The notes beneath the pieces are model-generated. The model had not been told where the DNA came from, did not search any database, and saw nothing but the letters and a program-made list of their open reading frames with translations. A stretch of DNA of 64,000 nucleotides from Lophium mytilinum. Its lineage: Eukaryota. Both the position numbers and the translations under genes were made by a program. Numbering within the stretch: position 1 is the first letter of the stretch; each line of letters opens with the position of its first letter. Location: positions 186,001-250,000 of the forward strand of contig MU004190.1 in assembly GCA_010093605.1 (NCBI GenBank). The letters are read 5' to 3'. Of this stretch, positions 12,964-25,749 are shown in pieces.

Positions 12964-13299
12964 CAGTAAAATCTCGGTATAGAGTTTTCGGGGTATATTA
13001 ATATACTCTATAGAGTGATATATTGCGGCTGACTGTACGTTTTTGCATGAGGAATAGTAATATCCTGCTTGCTATGGTATCATAAGCCCCCGCTCACCAA
13101 TATCACACTCACCAAAGGAGAATTTTGTATGGGCGAGTGGTCCGTGGCACCTCTAATTCCCACTGGGACCCCTTAATCTTGTTGTTTTGGGCGGCATTGG
13201 CTTACAATCACTTACTCGTGACCCTCGATACAGTAATACTCTCTATACAGTGATACACCCTCGGTGAACAACCCCCATCACTATGCCGAGGTTTTACTG
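12964..13299. mobile_element. Non-autonomous Tc1/mariner-pogo-type element (MITE), about 336 bp
   Basis: Left end TA|CAGTAAAATCTCGGTATAG; right end read on the minus strand TA|CAGTAAAACCTCGGCATAG (17/19 match); TA flanks on both sides; no ORF inside. Confidence 0.75.
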
Positions 13300-13672
13300 T
13301 ATTAATGAGCCCCCATGCCTCAGCCACACCTGATCATCTCACACGTAAATTTGTTAGGAGACATGATGATCCAACGCCACCTGAGCACTGCACCTTATTC
13401 CGCAACCACTGCAAGATACACCTCCACCCCTAGTATCCTAATATCATGAGAGTACAGAATCGATACTAGTTCTTCGGTAGGTATTTCCAAATATTCTATT
13501 CTATTAGCCATCACTCCAAAATCCCTCGTTGCCTAAAATCAATTCCCGCACATCTTCTAATCATCCCAAATTCACCCCCATAAAGCCTCTCCAACCCCCC
13601 GTTCCCCTCTCCATCTTCACAGACCCGATTCCTATTCTCTCCCATCTCCACTCCCCTTCACCTCTATCCACA

Positions 13673-14736
13673 ATGCCCCCACCCCTCCTCCCCCCTGCCC
13701 CCCTCACCCTCCACGTCCTCTCCGACCTCCACCTCGAAACCCCCCTCCCCTCCCACCTCTACCAGACCTACAACCCCCTCCCGGGCGGGTGGGCCGGCTG
13801 CACCCACCTCTGCCTCCTCGGCGACACCGGCCTTCTCGCACACGCCCCCCTCTTCACCTTCCTGCGCCGCACCCTCCTTCACAACCCCCGCCTGCACATC
13901 CTCTACGTCCCCGGCAACCACGAATTCTACGACACCTCCATCCCTGCCGGCCTCACCCTCCTACACGCCTTCGCCGCAGAGGTCGCGAAAGACGGCGAGT
14001 ACGGCGCGGGTAAGCGGTTCTGGGTACTTGACCGTGCGCGGGTGGATATCGGCGCCGTGACGGTGCTGGGGTGTACGTTGTGGAGTAAGGTGTCCGCAGA
14101 GGAGGCGGGGGAGGTGGCGGGGCGGATGAGCGATATGCGGCGGATTGCGGGGTGGGATCTCGGACGCTGGGGGGAGGCGCATGAGAGGGATTTGGCGTGG
14201 TTGAATGGGGCTGTGGGGGAGGTTGAAAGGGAGGAGAGGGGGAGGAGTGTGGTTGTTTTGATGTAAGCCGGTCAAGGGCGTGATGGAGGCTGGATAGTTG
14301 TGCTGATCGAGTCCCCCCCACTCTTAGGCACCATTCGCCGACGACGTTGCCGCAGGCGGTGGATACGCGGCATGCGGGTGGGGGGATGTTGTCGGCGTAT
14401 CATACCAATCTTTCCACGGAGTTGTGCTGGACGAGTCCGGTGGTAAGACTGTGGGCGTTTGGGCATACGCATTTTAGTTGCGCGTTTGAGGAGCCGCTGA
14501 CGGGGAAGTTGGTGTTTGCGAATCAGAAGGGGTATGCGGGGCATGAAGGGGTGGGATTTGATGCAAGAAGGTATGTGGAATTTGAGGAAGGGAAGTGGGT
14601 TGTTAAGACCTCAAAAGCTAGGAGGAGGGCGGGGGGAGGAGGTAGCGAAGAGAATGTCGAGAATAAGAAAAGGGAAGATACGAGAAAGAGCGTGGAGAAG
14701 AAGAAAAATGAGAAGACGAGTTGTTGTGTAAGTTAA
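13673..14736 (+). CDS. Calcineurin-like metallophosphoesterase (2 exons)
   Basis: SDLHLE, LLGDTG, PGNHEFY, GCTLWS, HHSP (across intron about 14263-14327), FGHTH, NQKGY motifs. Confidence 0.9.
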
Positions 14737-14950
14737 TTGTAGCTGAGATCTATGCTATCTCTGCTTCGACTTAGGTATAACTTTTATGAGTTGCCGAGAA
14801 TCCCAGAATGCTCAAGTTGTGAACGTATTATCGCTATGCCTCCCTGAAACCGACCTGAACCCATGACCGCAGTTTTCGTCAAAGCTTATACTCCCTTCTT
14901 TCCCCAGATCCCATTCCTCTCACTCAAGGCGACGTGATCTTTCGGAGATC

Positions 14951-16402
14951 TTAACTTCCATCTCGACCCACATCCCTTGAAAACGTCCTCATCAAGAACC
15001 TTCTCACCCCAATCTTGCGCTTGTCATCCGCTGCCCTCGTCGCATCCTGGACATACCATGCCGCCCCCACCAGCCCCGCCGCTATGGCATACATTGTCCC
15101 CGCATACAACTGCGCAACCGCATACCCCCCTCCAAATCCCTCCACAATGGCTCCCCCAATTGGCGGCCCCATAAGAATTGGGATACTCGTCACAGCGGTA
15201 CACGTTGCCATCCTAGCACCCAGCCCATTTCGCTTGAGTATTACACTCGCGGCTGCCGGAATGAAAAGTGCATACATGGCGTGCCAAAAGAAGCCGTAAT
15301 AGGCGGCAAACGTCCAGAGCGCGGTTTCGCTATCTACGATGAGCCAGCCGAAGGTGGCGGAGGCATTGAAGAGGATGCAGACGGTGAATGCTGGAAGGGG
15401 CCCGAGGATCTGTTCGGCCAACCAGGACATGAGAATGCACCCAATGATGCCGCAGGCGTTGAAGAGGAGAAGTGCGTTGAAGTTGGAGGCTGTGGAATGG
15501 TGGAGGGCTGATTTGTCGAAGGATGGTATCTATGAGAATAAGTGGATTTGACGACTGTCAGTGGAGGAAGGAGGGGCTTACGTAGAATGGAACGAAGCAG
15601 CTGACTAGAAAATTGAAACTAGCGCCAGCCACGAAGAGGGCAAAGTCCAGGCGTTTGAAGGCGGAGAAGTCGACGAGGGGGCTGGGAAGAGGTTTTTCTG
15701 AGGCTTGGTATGGGCGAGCGGCTAGAATGATGAAGACATTGGTGGCAGTCAAGATGTAGCCTATACCTCGTAGATAAGGCCCAATGCCATATGACGGGAT
15801 GATCGCTTTGCCTAGCTGGAAAACGTGAAGTTAGTATCTCCATGGTAACACTTGCGGACCACGTTTAAGAAAAATAGAGCACTTACTCCAATAAACATTA
15901 AAGCACCGACTGGGACGCCCGTCGATGAGATGGCAATCGCAAGCATCTTTCTTCTCTCAAAGTGCGTCGCAACAACCCATATACACGGTGTATATGCCAA
16001 CCCACTCCCCAGCCCCATTATAATCCCCTGTGTTACAAACACCGGCCAGTACCCCTTCGCCGCACTCGCACTGAAGACCCCCACAACCTGCAAACAAGCC
16101 CCCACTATTACCGCAACACGGAAGTGCCCAGTATCCACGAGCCTCCCGCTGATTATGCTGGCAATCGAGACGACGAAGATCGGGGTGGAGCCGATCCATG
16201 ACACCTTAGATGCGGAGGTGTGGAGCAGCTCGGGGTAGTAGATCTGGAAGACGCCGAAAGAGGTGAGGAAACCGAAGGAGTTGATGGCGGCGAGGAAGCC
16301 GACAAAGATTTGGAGGCAGGCGATGCTGCGTGTCTTTAGGGTTGTCCGGCGGTAGTCGTCTTGCGATACGAAGATGTGCGAAGTGGCGTCTTTGTTGTGC
16401 AT
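14951..16402 (-). CDS. MFS monocarboxylate-permease-like transporter, multi-exon
   Basis: FGFLTSFGVFQIYY, SWIGS, GRLVDTG, QGIIMGLGSG, GPPIGGAI motifs over ORFs 15812-16402, 15558-15752 and 14951-15430. Confidence 0.85.
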
Positions 16403-16859
16403 CGTCGGTGGCTAATCGCAGGCAGCCGCAGCGTGCGATGAGAGCGTAGCAGGTGGAAGGGGTTCAGATTGCTTGGGTGCAAGGAGTGTGGTTGAAGTTG
16501 GAGAAAGATGAAGTTGTGGAGCGAAGGTAAAGGAAACGGCTCCGCAGTTGAGGAAGTCGCGAAGCTCCGCGATGGAGACGCAGTTTCATAGCAAGATTTC
16601 TGAGAATCCGAAAACGATACCGATTATTGATTTTGGCTATCCTCTTTGGAAAGGGATTGTGCTGCATAATAACCTACTTGACCTTGTTTGGGGTGCTCCA
16701 TCGAGGTGTCACATATAAACAAACTTACCTCACATCGAGACTCTCACAACAGTATCAAAGCGCCCCAAGCAGTCATGAAAGTAGGATCAGCTAACCTATA
16801 GCTCTCGAAAATAGCAGACCGAGCCAATTTTACACTCGCTTGACAGTACTAGACCATTG

Positions 16860-18209
16860 CTACAACTTGTAGACCAATTTGACTCCACTCACCTTCCCAT
16901 TCTTCAAATCATCCAGGCCCTGCAGAATTCCAGTCAACCCACCCTCCCGCACCTCCGCCGGATGCGCCTTTAGCTTCCCCGAGTTCAGCAATCCCTCCGT
17001 ATCCTTCCAGAACTTGACTCCGAACTCGTAATCTTCGACCCCTTGCTCCGGAGTTTTGGTCATAACACCGAAGATGGTGTACGCCAAAGTCATAGTAACG
17101 CTCACGTCGTCTCGCCCAAGTGTCTTCACAGGCAACAGCGAAGAGTACTTCCCACCGGACGGGCCGATCGCCGCCGCGGATATCTCTGGAGAACCAAGTT
17201 CGGAGATAGTGTCGAAGACAAGGGAGATCCGGCCTTTGGTAGCTTCACGGATCTTGGCACCGACGTCTGGTTCCTTGTAGTCGAAGACTTGGTCTGCGCC
17301 GAGACTGCGGCAGAGGTCGAAGTTTCGGGGCGACGCGGTAGCGATGACTTCGAGGCCAGAACTGGTTGATGTGAGTGACAAAGCCATATTCAGAGGAAGA
17401 GTGTAACTCACAGCTTCGCGTACTGAATGGCCAGAGTACCGGTTGCGGTGCTACCGCCATATATCAAGATGGTAGTCGGCTCCTTAACCTTCTGGGGCGG
17501 AAGAGGTAGACCGAGAGCTTGGTACAGGCCTTGTCCTACGGTGGTAACGCCAACGCCCAAGGTAGCACCCTCTTCAAAAGAGACGGAATCGGCAATCTTG
17601 ATCTGTAGGTTGCCCTTCGCAGCGATGATATCGGCAAAGGCGCCATCAATCTTGTTGGGGTCCGCTGTTGCCATTAGCTCAAATACAAGTTTGCATATGC
17701 AGCGTCTCGTCACATATTTGCGCACGCTCCCTCGAAACTGCTGGGAGGCCTCTCCAATGTAGGTGTAATTCCGACAGGACGTCGCCATCTGAGGTGTCCC
17801 GGCGAGTATCATGATTGCTCAGGATGATGAGCGTCCATCCTGCTTAGACTTTCAAGGATACCCCGAAGCCCTGAATAGTGATGGGAAAGTGTGCAAAGGC
17901 CTATGACGAGACGCTGTAGGTCCAAAATGAGCATCCTGACTTACCGCCACGGGTCATTCCCGCAACTCTGTCGCCAACCTTGAGGCCGTTCGTGACAGCG
18001 CTTCCGACCTGCTCTACAACTCCGGCATAATCGCAGCCGGCGATGGCTCCTGGGGTGTAGCGGGTATGCAGGCTCTTCCAGTCCGTCGGATTGAGTGCAA
18101 CAGCTTTGTTCTTCACGAGGATATACTCATCTCTCTGTTCTGGAACGGGGATAGTCACGACTTCGGCAACGCCTGCAGACTTGTGGACGATAGCTTTGCG
18201 GGTGGCCAT
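16860..18209 (-). CDS. Medium-chain reductase, trans-enoyl reductase-like (TOXD/LovC type), 3 exons
   Basis: [49 protein letters not shown]; introns 17665-17944 and about 17362-17411. Confidence 0.9.
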
Positions 18210-18413
18210 GGTTGCTGCTCGGGAGATAGAGGAGTATTGTCTGAACATGAAGAGGCGGCTTTAGTGTATTTACACAACTATGTAGGCGGAAGGAATGCTT
18301 ATATATCAAGATGTCCGGAAGGAGTAATCGGGATTACAAAGCAGTGAGGGGCCATTGTCTACTACTGTACTATTGCGCATGGCCGTATAGCATGTTGGCT
18401 CGGCGATTGCCGA

Positions 18414-18497
18414 TTAGACGCGTCAGATATGTCCCAAGCGTTAGACGAGTCAAATACGTCCCAAGCTTCCAATTAGACGCGTGAAATACGTCCCAAG
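18414..18497. repeat. Three imperfect 25-bp direct repeats (TTAGACGCGTCAAATACGTCCCAAG consensus)
   Basis: Copies at 18414-18438, 18441-18465 and 18473-18497, upstream of the enoyl reductase. Confidence 0.9.
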
Positions 18498-19213
18498 ACT
18501 TTATGGCAACGCCAAGGAGGTTGGGGCTGCACGACCTGGGAAGACTTTCTCTTCACAAGAAGCGGTGAATCATAACTTCTATCTCAACCTCCTGCTTTAT
18601 CAATATCTCAGTTTCTTGATTCCTGTCCACGGTTTTTAGCTCAGCTGAGTGTTGTCCTCGAGGTTACGTCAGAAATTGAGGACCAAGGGATCGGATACTC
18701 GCTGCGTACTCTATTCGACACCACAACCAAGCAAAAGAAGGCAAGGTTTGTTCTCGCTAGATGTGAGAGATGCGCATCACTAGTCTCCCAAATACTCAAC
18801 GTTCAATGGGGAAAACTCGGGGCCTTTGCTGATGAAGGCAGGAAGGATGGGGTGGAGTTCCTTCAGTTTCGGAGCTCCCGGACCGTCGTCATAATACGCT
18901 AGGATTACAGTGCGAACCGAGGCCCTTTTTCTTTCTTGTCAACATCTAGAATGTTGCTCCGCCTGTCTTGATACCTGCCTGGTGTAGACAACAGTTCATG
19001 CTTCACAAGGCAACCGGACAAAATCATACCACCGCATAAACACCAATCGCCACTATCCATCCTGCATCTGCAAGATAGACTGATAGACGAACCCTGCAAT
19101 CCTGAGACGACCTCATTACATCATATATAGCCTGAGCACTACTTTCAACATCAAGCTCCAACACAACCCCAACACCACCACTCAACCACCAAACCCCCAA
19201 TCTACCCACCACC

Positions 19214-20001
19214 ATGACCTCCGCAGTTCTCGCCGGCAGCACCGGCCAAGTCGTACGTCTCCCCTCCCATCTCCAACCTACACGACTTCCCATCTCCCAA
19301 CCAGCTGTCCACCACTCCCACCAGCTCACCAAACAACTAACCTCCCTCTCCAGGGCACCCACATCCTCACCGCCCTCCTCGCCTCCCCCTCCACCACCAC
19401 CGTCTCCGCCTTCACCCGCCGCGACCTCCCCCACTCCTCCTCCCCCAAACTGCACCCCCTGCAATCCACCTCCACCGACGCCTGGCTCTCCCTCTTCCCC
19501 CCGAACGCCCACCTCTTCCTCTCCGGCCTCGGCACCTCCAAAGCCGCCGCCGGCTCCTTCGAAAACCAATACAAAATCGACCACGACCTCAACCTCGCCC
19601 TCGCCACCGCCGCCCGCGCCGCCGGCGTCTCCACCTACGTGCTGATCTCGGCCGCGGGCGCGAGCTCTGCGAGCCGCTTCGCGTATCCGAAGATGAAGGG
19701 GGAGCTGGAGGAGGCGGTGACGGCGTTGGGGTTTAAGCATACGGTGATTGTGCGGCCGGGGATGATTTCGGGGGCACGGGAGAGCGCGGGGGTGGCGGAG
19801 GTGGTGTTGAGGGGGGTCGCGAATGGGTTGGGAAGGGTGTGGAATGGGTTGAAGGATCCGTGGGCGCAGGATCCCGTGGTGATTGCGAGGGCGGCGGTGA
19901 GTGCGGGGTTGGAGTGTGTGGAGGGGAAGCATGGGGAGGGGGTGTGGGTGGTGGGGATGGGGGATATTGTGAGGTTGGGGAGGACGGAGTGGAAGGAGTA
20001 G
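19214..20001 (+). CDS. FMP52: FMP52-like NAD(P)-binding Rossmann-fold protein (2 exons)
   Basis: MTSAVLAGSTGQV|GTHIL...LSGLGTSKAAAGSFENQYKIDHDLNLALA...YPKMKGELE...IVRPG; intron about 19253-19353. Confidence 0.85.
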
Positions 20002-20561
20002 GGGTTTGGTGGGATAGGGAGGGGATGGATAATGGTAGTGGAGGTGGGAGGACTGGAGGCGTGGCGGGGAGATACCCAACGGCTATCAGTTTTGGTGTTT
20101 TCGGGATGCGTTTTATTTTCTACTTGAATCATGTGTTGCTGGGAGTGTTATGACGGTTGTAATTGCACGTCTAGCTGGTGGATTTGATTCATGATGATCC
20201 ATGTCTTCAATTCTGGTCCAGGGACCACGCTCTACAGCCCCCTCATCCCATCCGTGGTTTTACAGTGGTACATTTTACAGCGACAAGTCTCGCAATCGTC
20301 GGGACTAGCAAAAGCTCAAACGCCCCGTAAATGATATAAACAAGAACCAGAAAGTGTGAGTTGAGTGAGAAAAGTTGAACACGGGCGTTCAGCAGTCATG
20401 AGACCGGATGCCGGAACTTTAGGCAGACTCCGAAGTCCAGAACAAGAGGATCTCTTGTAGAGAAATGCTCATGTTCGATCATTCCAGCATCCGTGACCAG
20501 TTGCATTATATCCAATCCACCCACATTCGACTCCATTATGTATGCCGCAGTCTCACTAAAT

Positions 20562-21326
20562 CTATGCCACCATCATACCGCCACTACCAACTTCTGATTG
20601 CTGTGGGGGTGGTGGAGGAGGCTCGAGACGTGTGTTTTCTGCCATCATGCGTTGGAACCCGATCCCGACGCCTTCGATGACGGCGAGAAGGATTGCACAG
20701 CCGATGGCGCCGTTCCGGACGGCTCGTGGCCCTCCGCGAACGGCGAGGGAGCCGCCAGTGAAGAAACCGGCGATGATGGCATTCCAGGGATCTTCTTTCT
20801 GTCTATCCGCGAATTTGTTAGGCCGTGGAGAAGGTGGTAGCCGGGGTAGCGGGGAGAGAGTTATAGACGCACCGAATGCCCTTAACCGCACAGTCGAATG
20901 TTGAGAAGAGACCACCCCATACGCCAAAATTGCCTCCTAGTACTGGCGCTCGCGCTTTTATGGCCGTGATGGCTGGGTTATAACGTCAGATTGTGAGGAG
21001 GTTTCGGGGACGAGGGGCGTCATACCGCCTATCCGTCGTTCACCGTAAGGGCTGTTTCGGAACTGTACAATCGTGAGCTCATGGTGGATTTGACTTTGTA
21101 AAAGTACGTACGCCTTTTATGCCGTGCCATACTGGAGAGTTGTTAGCGCTTTAGGTCGGGTATCTGGTAGTTTGGGATTTAACACGGACCTGAGCCACCG
21201 ATTGCCTAGAGGATTATTAGCAGGAGTTTCTGGGGCGCGATTGTTTCCTCAACTTACTCCCATACAGAATGCGCCTCCGAAATCACTTAGCGCCACCCAT
21301 GGGCACGGGTCTCGTGAGTGATCCAT
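20562..21326 (-). CDS. TIM17: Mitochondrial inner membrane translocase subunit Tim17, multi-exon
   Basis: [23 protein letters not shown] ... [23 protein letters not shown] ... [16 protein letters not shown] ... [12 protein letters not shown]. Confidence 0.95.
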
Positions 21327-22919
21327 CTCTTGCGTTGGAGGGAGGGCCGAGGTTGAGGACGTTCACGACGTCGCGGAGGTTACAGGTCCGACGGGGATGC
21401 GTTGCGCCTGGCGTGTGGAGTAGAAATGAGATGGCGAGATAGCGGCGGCGACGATTGGACGTGATGGGGCGGATGGAGATGCGTGGATGATGTCTTCGGC
21501 GGCATCCTGGGAACTTTTTTCGAGAGTCGTGATTCCTTGGCAGTCTACACGTGATCTAGATTTCTCCGCTCTTCAACTTCATTCCATCCCAACTTCAAGT
21601 CTTCCCCTGAAAACTGCTCCGCATCAACGACATCGAGATCAGCAAACACGCTCATCTCAACAGAGTTATTCTTGAGGCTGGGGCTAGTGCCTAACTGCGA
21701 GTCTGAGAGCCGGAGTGCCAGCCCAGGACGAAGATCGAGAAGATGTGACTGCTCACCTAAAATCGTCCCAAAAACTTGGCGCCTCCTCCGGCCTGGGAGT
21801 CTAATGCAAGGCGTTACCATCCCTCGAGATACGGAGATAGCAAAAATGTTTTCATTTGTCGAAGAGCGCCTCAATTTCCGGAAAAGTTTGCCTCAGGAGC
21901 ACGGCGGACGGTCCGGCCGCCATCAATACGTATCCATCCGGGAGCTTGCAGGACACGAGTCACAGCTATTTATGGGTCAAGGCTAACTCCAGTTCTTGCG
22001 AAATGCCGCAATGGGCGCATCCATTGGAACAGTGATATTCCTTATAACATTTGCACCAAGTTGAACATTCTGACATGTATCTCTTTACAATTTGGTTCTG
22101 AGCTTCCTCTCCTTCTTATCTCTCGCCCCCTATGACTCACCTATGGTGTGATTGCAGGACAGCCAACTGTCGCACTCGGAAGCACGACCGCTGGCAGATG
22201 GGCGCCTTCCACTGGCTTCATTGGTGTACTGATATTCTGTCACTTTTCATCTGCAACCGAGTTCCCGAGCCCGACCAAGGTCTCTTTGAAGAGTGTTCTA
22301 GTCTCATCTCAAGAATGCAAGAGTGGGAGCTGTTCTGTATCGTTGCTTGGTGTTAGCTCCAAGGTGGTCTGGTACCTCCCTCGCCTGCATCGAATGCTGG
22401 AGAACAATGTCAAACCACATCCTGCACGTGACTTTCCACACATTGGACACGAGCACTTCATCCCCTTCTTCTTGGGCTGTGTTGCGAGAGCTTTTAGTCA
22501 GACAATGCTGCTGGACACCGCTCTTGGAAGAGTTTGGTATTCTTCTGCGAAGCCGCTGCTCTATAAAGCTAGCTATTCCTCCAACCTTTCGTCCCATCTC
22601 ACTTCAGAGCTTCCAATCTTCACTGTCTTCTCATCGTCAGCGTCAGCCCACCTTCCATTGCTGCCTGTTAAGCGAGGCTCCCCTTCACCTCTTTCTTTGC
22701 ATTACGTCAGCACTCGCTTCACCTCATCTTCAACCTCTTATTTTCGTTCCTCGCTCCACGTCTTCCTTTCCACCACCTCCTCTTCCTGCAGACCCTTGGG
22801 TGTCTGCTTCTCTGCGGTTTTCGCTCACGCACAGCCCGGTACGTCCTCTCTCCCACAAAAACAGTGCAGTCGATCGCTGTCATCAAGCGCCTTACACTAA
22901 CTCGGACTTGCAGCGCAGA

Positions 22920-25749
22920 ATGGTCACTAGGTCTCAGAAGGCGCCCCAGAGGGCAAAGAGCTCACGAACCCGCGAGTTCATCGACGTTGACGCAGTCGCT
23001 GGGGATCAGCCTAGTTCGGGCGAAACCACTATCCTTGACGACTCCACCTACGTGGATCCAGAACCCTCCACCCAGGACAACGTGGGCGAGTCCGCAAGCT
23101 CTTCTTCGACGGCGCAGAATAGTGGTGCCGACACTCATAGTAAGATGTCTCCCTCCCGGGTTCTCACATATGCGCTCTAACACCTCATGTTTCTAGCGTT
23201 AATTAAGCAAGAGGCTCTTGCACAGCTCCACAGCCACGACATGGATACCATGTCCCGCCGCCCGAAGGAGCTAATCAAGGCGCTAAATCGCCTTTCCGAG
23301 CTTGGGCTTCAGAATTATGAAGTTCCATTACCAAACATCGTGGTTCTAGGGGACCAGTCGGCGGGAAAGTCTTCCGTTATTGAAGCGATTTCCGAAATCA
23401 CGGTCCCTCGAAGCTCTGGCACATGCACTCGCTGCCCCCTCCTGATCAAGTCTCTTGTGGATGATGAGCCCGGTGCCGTGTGGCGGTGCAAGGTAGACTT
23501 GCACAGGAACTTCGAATACTATGGCAAGACGTTTCCCCGGTCCATGGACAAAGATGTAATTTTCAAGCCCTGGGTAGCCAACGCCACTCCAGTTGTCGTA
23601 CCGTTCATGAGAGTGGACAACAAAGACGATCTACGCGACGCGATCCACCGGGCGCAGCTTGCTCTTTTGAACCCCGGCAAACCTTCGGCAAGCTACGCTT
23701 CTGGTCCAGTTCAAGCTATTGGAGACAGCAACGGCCTCCAATGCGAATTTACTCCAAATGTGGTGTCCATCGAGATCTCCGGTCCGGGGATGATCAATCT
23801 GTCATTCTATGATCTACCCGGAATAATCAACCAAACCGAAGATGAGGATAAGCCATGGCTCGTTAGCATTGTCAGGAACTTGGCCTGCAAATATATCGAG
23901 TCCCCGAACACGATCGTCTTACTTGCAAAGTCTATGGAGGTCGATCCTCAGAATTCCAGTGCGGCGAGATTAGCCCAGGAAGAGGGCGCGAATAACCGGT
24001 GCATTGGTCAGTACTCCCAAATCAGAACGTCGCCATAATTTCTAAGCCATACATACTAATATGTCAGCAGGTGTACTCACTAAACCGGACCGTATTCCCC
24101 GCGGCGATTCCGTCGTCATGTGGCAGCGAATGCTTAGCGGGGAAGCCTTCACGCTGCCACTTGGCTACTATGTCACTAAGCAGCCGTCCCAAGCAGATCT
24201 GAACCGCGAGACTGTGACCCACGATAGGGCACGTCAGCTTGAGAATAATTTCTTTGCATCCGCAAAGCCCTGGTGTACCGACTTTGCTAAATTCAAGCAC
24301 CGTTTTGGTACTGTTGCTCTGCAGAAAGCTTTGTATGATGAACTTGTTGGTCGCATGGTTAAAGGCCTGCCCAACATTCGCCAGTCCATCCGCGCGCAGA
24401 TCAACGATTTGGATGAAGAGCTCGAGAACATCCCGGAGCCCCCGACTCAAAACGCACAAGCTGCGGTCAATGAGCTAGTGCAGTCATTCGCAAACCAAGT
24501 GGCGAAACTGATGGAAGGGGAGCACCCATTCAACGAATGGCGTCTAACGTGGAAGAGTCAGCGACAATCGTTCCTGAACAACCTGACAACGATGCGACCG
24601 ACTCTGCGTATCCAAGGGTCTCTGGATACTGGGCTGTATCCGAATCAAATTGATTTAACCGCAGATTCGGATGATGATGAACAGTCGCCCTTGCCTTTGC
24701 GCATCGCTGCCACGCCTGTCGTCACTCCCTCGAAGCGTCGCAAGGTAGAGGAACCATCCACGCCGAGACAGACAATGCCACGACAACAAGCTCCGAAGAC
24801 CCCGACACACAATAGGGACCAAGCCCCGCCAAAAGTTTTCGAGTTGGATGACATTTGTAAAGCCCTCAACGACATGTCATCTTCTGACATTCCTAGGGAG
24901 GTTGACTCGAAAGCCCTCGACTTCCTCATTCTGGAGTCCCTGCAAGAATGGGATAGGCCTACGGACGCCTTCTTCCAGTCATTGGATAGAGCTTTGCGGG
25001 TCCAGCTGCGAGGAATCTTCGACCAAACCTTCGGAGCGTGGCAAACTAGCGAACTCTACAAAAAGTCGTGGGAGATTATCGATCAGTTCTTGAAGTTACA
25101 CATGACCGAGCAGCGCGAGACCTTGGCAATGCATGCGCTTAACGTTGAGCGAGAGAAGCCTTTCGCCGGCGATGACCAACTTTGGGATCACCACATCTCC
25201 GAAGCCTTAGTCGCACTCCAACATGCGCGCACCATGAGACGACTCACGATATACGCCAATGAAAAGGCAGATGTCACTGGGAAGGAAGTCAAGCCATCAG
25301 AATTGGCCGGGTTGAAGTCGAAACCAGAGGTGGCGAAGATCGTCACGAACGACCCGTACCGTCGCGAGGTCGAAGTGATGGCGAAAATCCGAGGTTACTA
25401 CAAGATCGCGTCCGTCCGATTCTACAGCAACATCTGTCTGAGCCTGCAAAGCAAATTGTTCAAGATGCTTCGACTGTCTTTGCGCCACGAAATTACGATC
25501 GGTCTGGGTGTCTTCGCGGATGACGGTAAGCCTCCTCATTTCCTCTGTTTTACCTTTCGTACTAATTTAGCAAAAGGTCGCGACCGCTGCAAAGTACTTC
25601 TCGAAGAAGATCCACAGCGAGCCGAGCAACGACGCGTGCTTCTCAACAAGCGCCTGGCCCTGGTCGAAGGTCAAAAATGTCTTGATGACTTGTTGGACAA
25701 GTACAAGGACGCGAATGACGATGACGTCGACAGCATGGAGATATGCTGA
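22920..25749 (+). CDS. Dynamin-superfamily GTPase (fungal Mx-like), multi-exon
   Basis: G1 GDQSAGKSS, G2 GTCTRCP, G3 DLPG, G4 GVLTKPD; C-terminal GED-like region (MAKIRGYYKIASVRF...LLEEDP); introns about 23139-23197, 24008-24070 and 25526-25576. Confidence 0.9.

Noticed and set aside
17665..17944. Long (280-nt) intron of the enoyl reductase as a snoRNA host; ATGATGA...CTGA seen at about 17824-17873
   Set aside because: The C/D-like boxes are antisense to the host transcript and I found no terminal stem or rRNA guide.
14951..18209. Enoyl reductase plus MFS (and the distant P450 and DAO genes) as a secondary-metabolite cluster
   Set aside because: No PKS, NRPS or terpene synthase in the window, and the genes are interspersed with housekeeping genes.
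18414..18497. Direct repeats as a CRISPR array
   Set aside because: Eukaryotic context, spacers of only 2 and 7 nt, no cas genes.
21487..22900. Several ORFs between TIM17 and the dynamin gene
   Set aside because: Ser/Leu-rich, no motifs; consistent with promoter and 5' UTR sequence.
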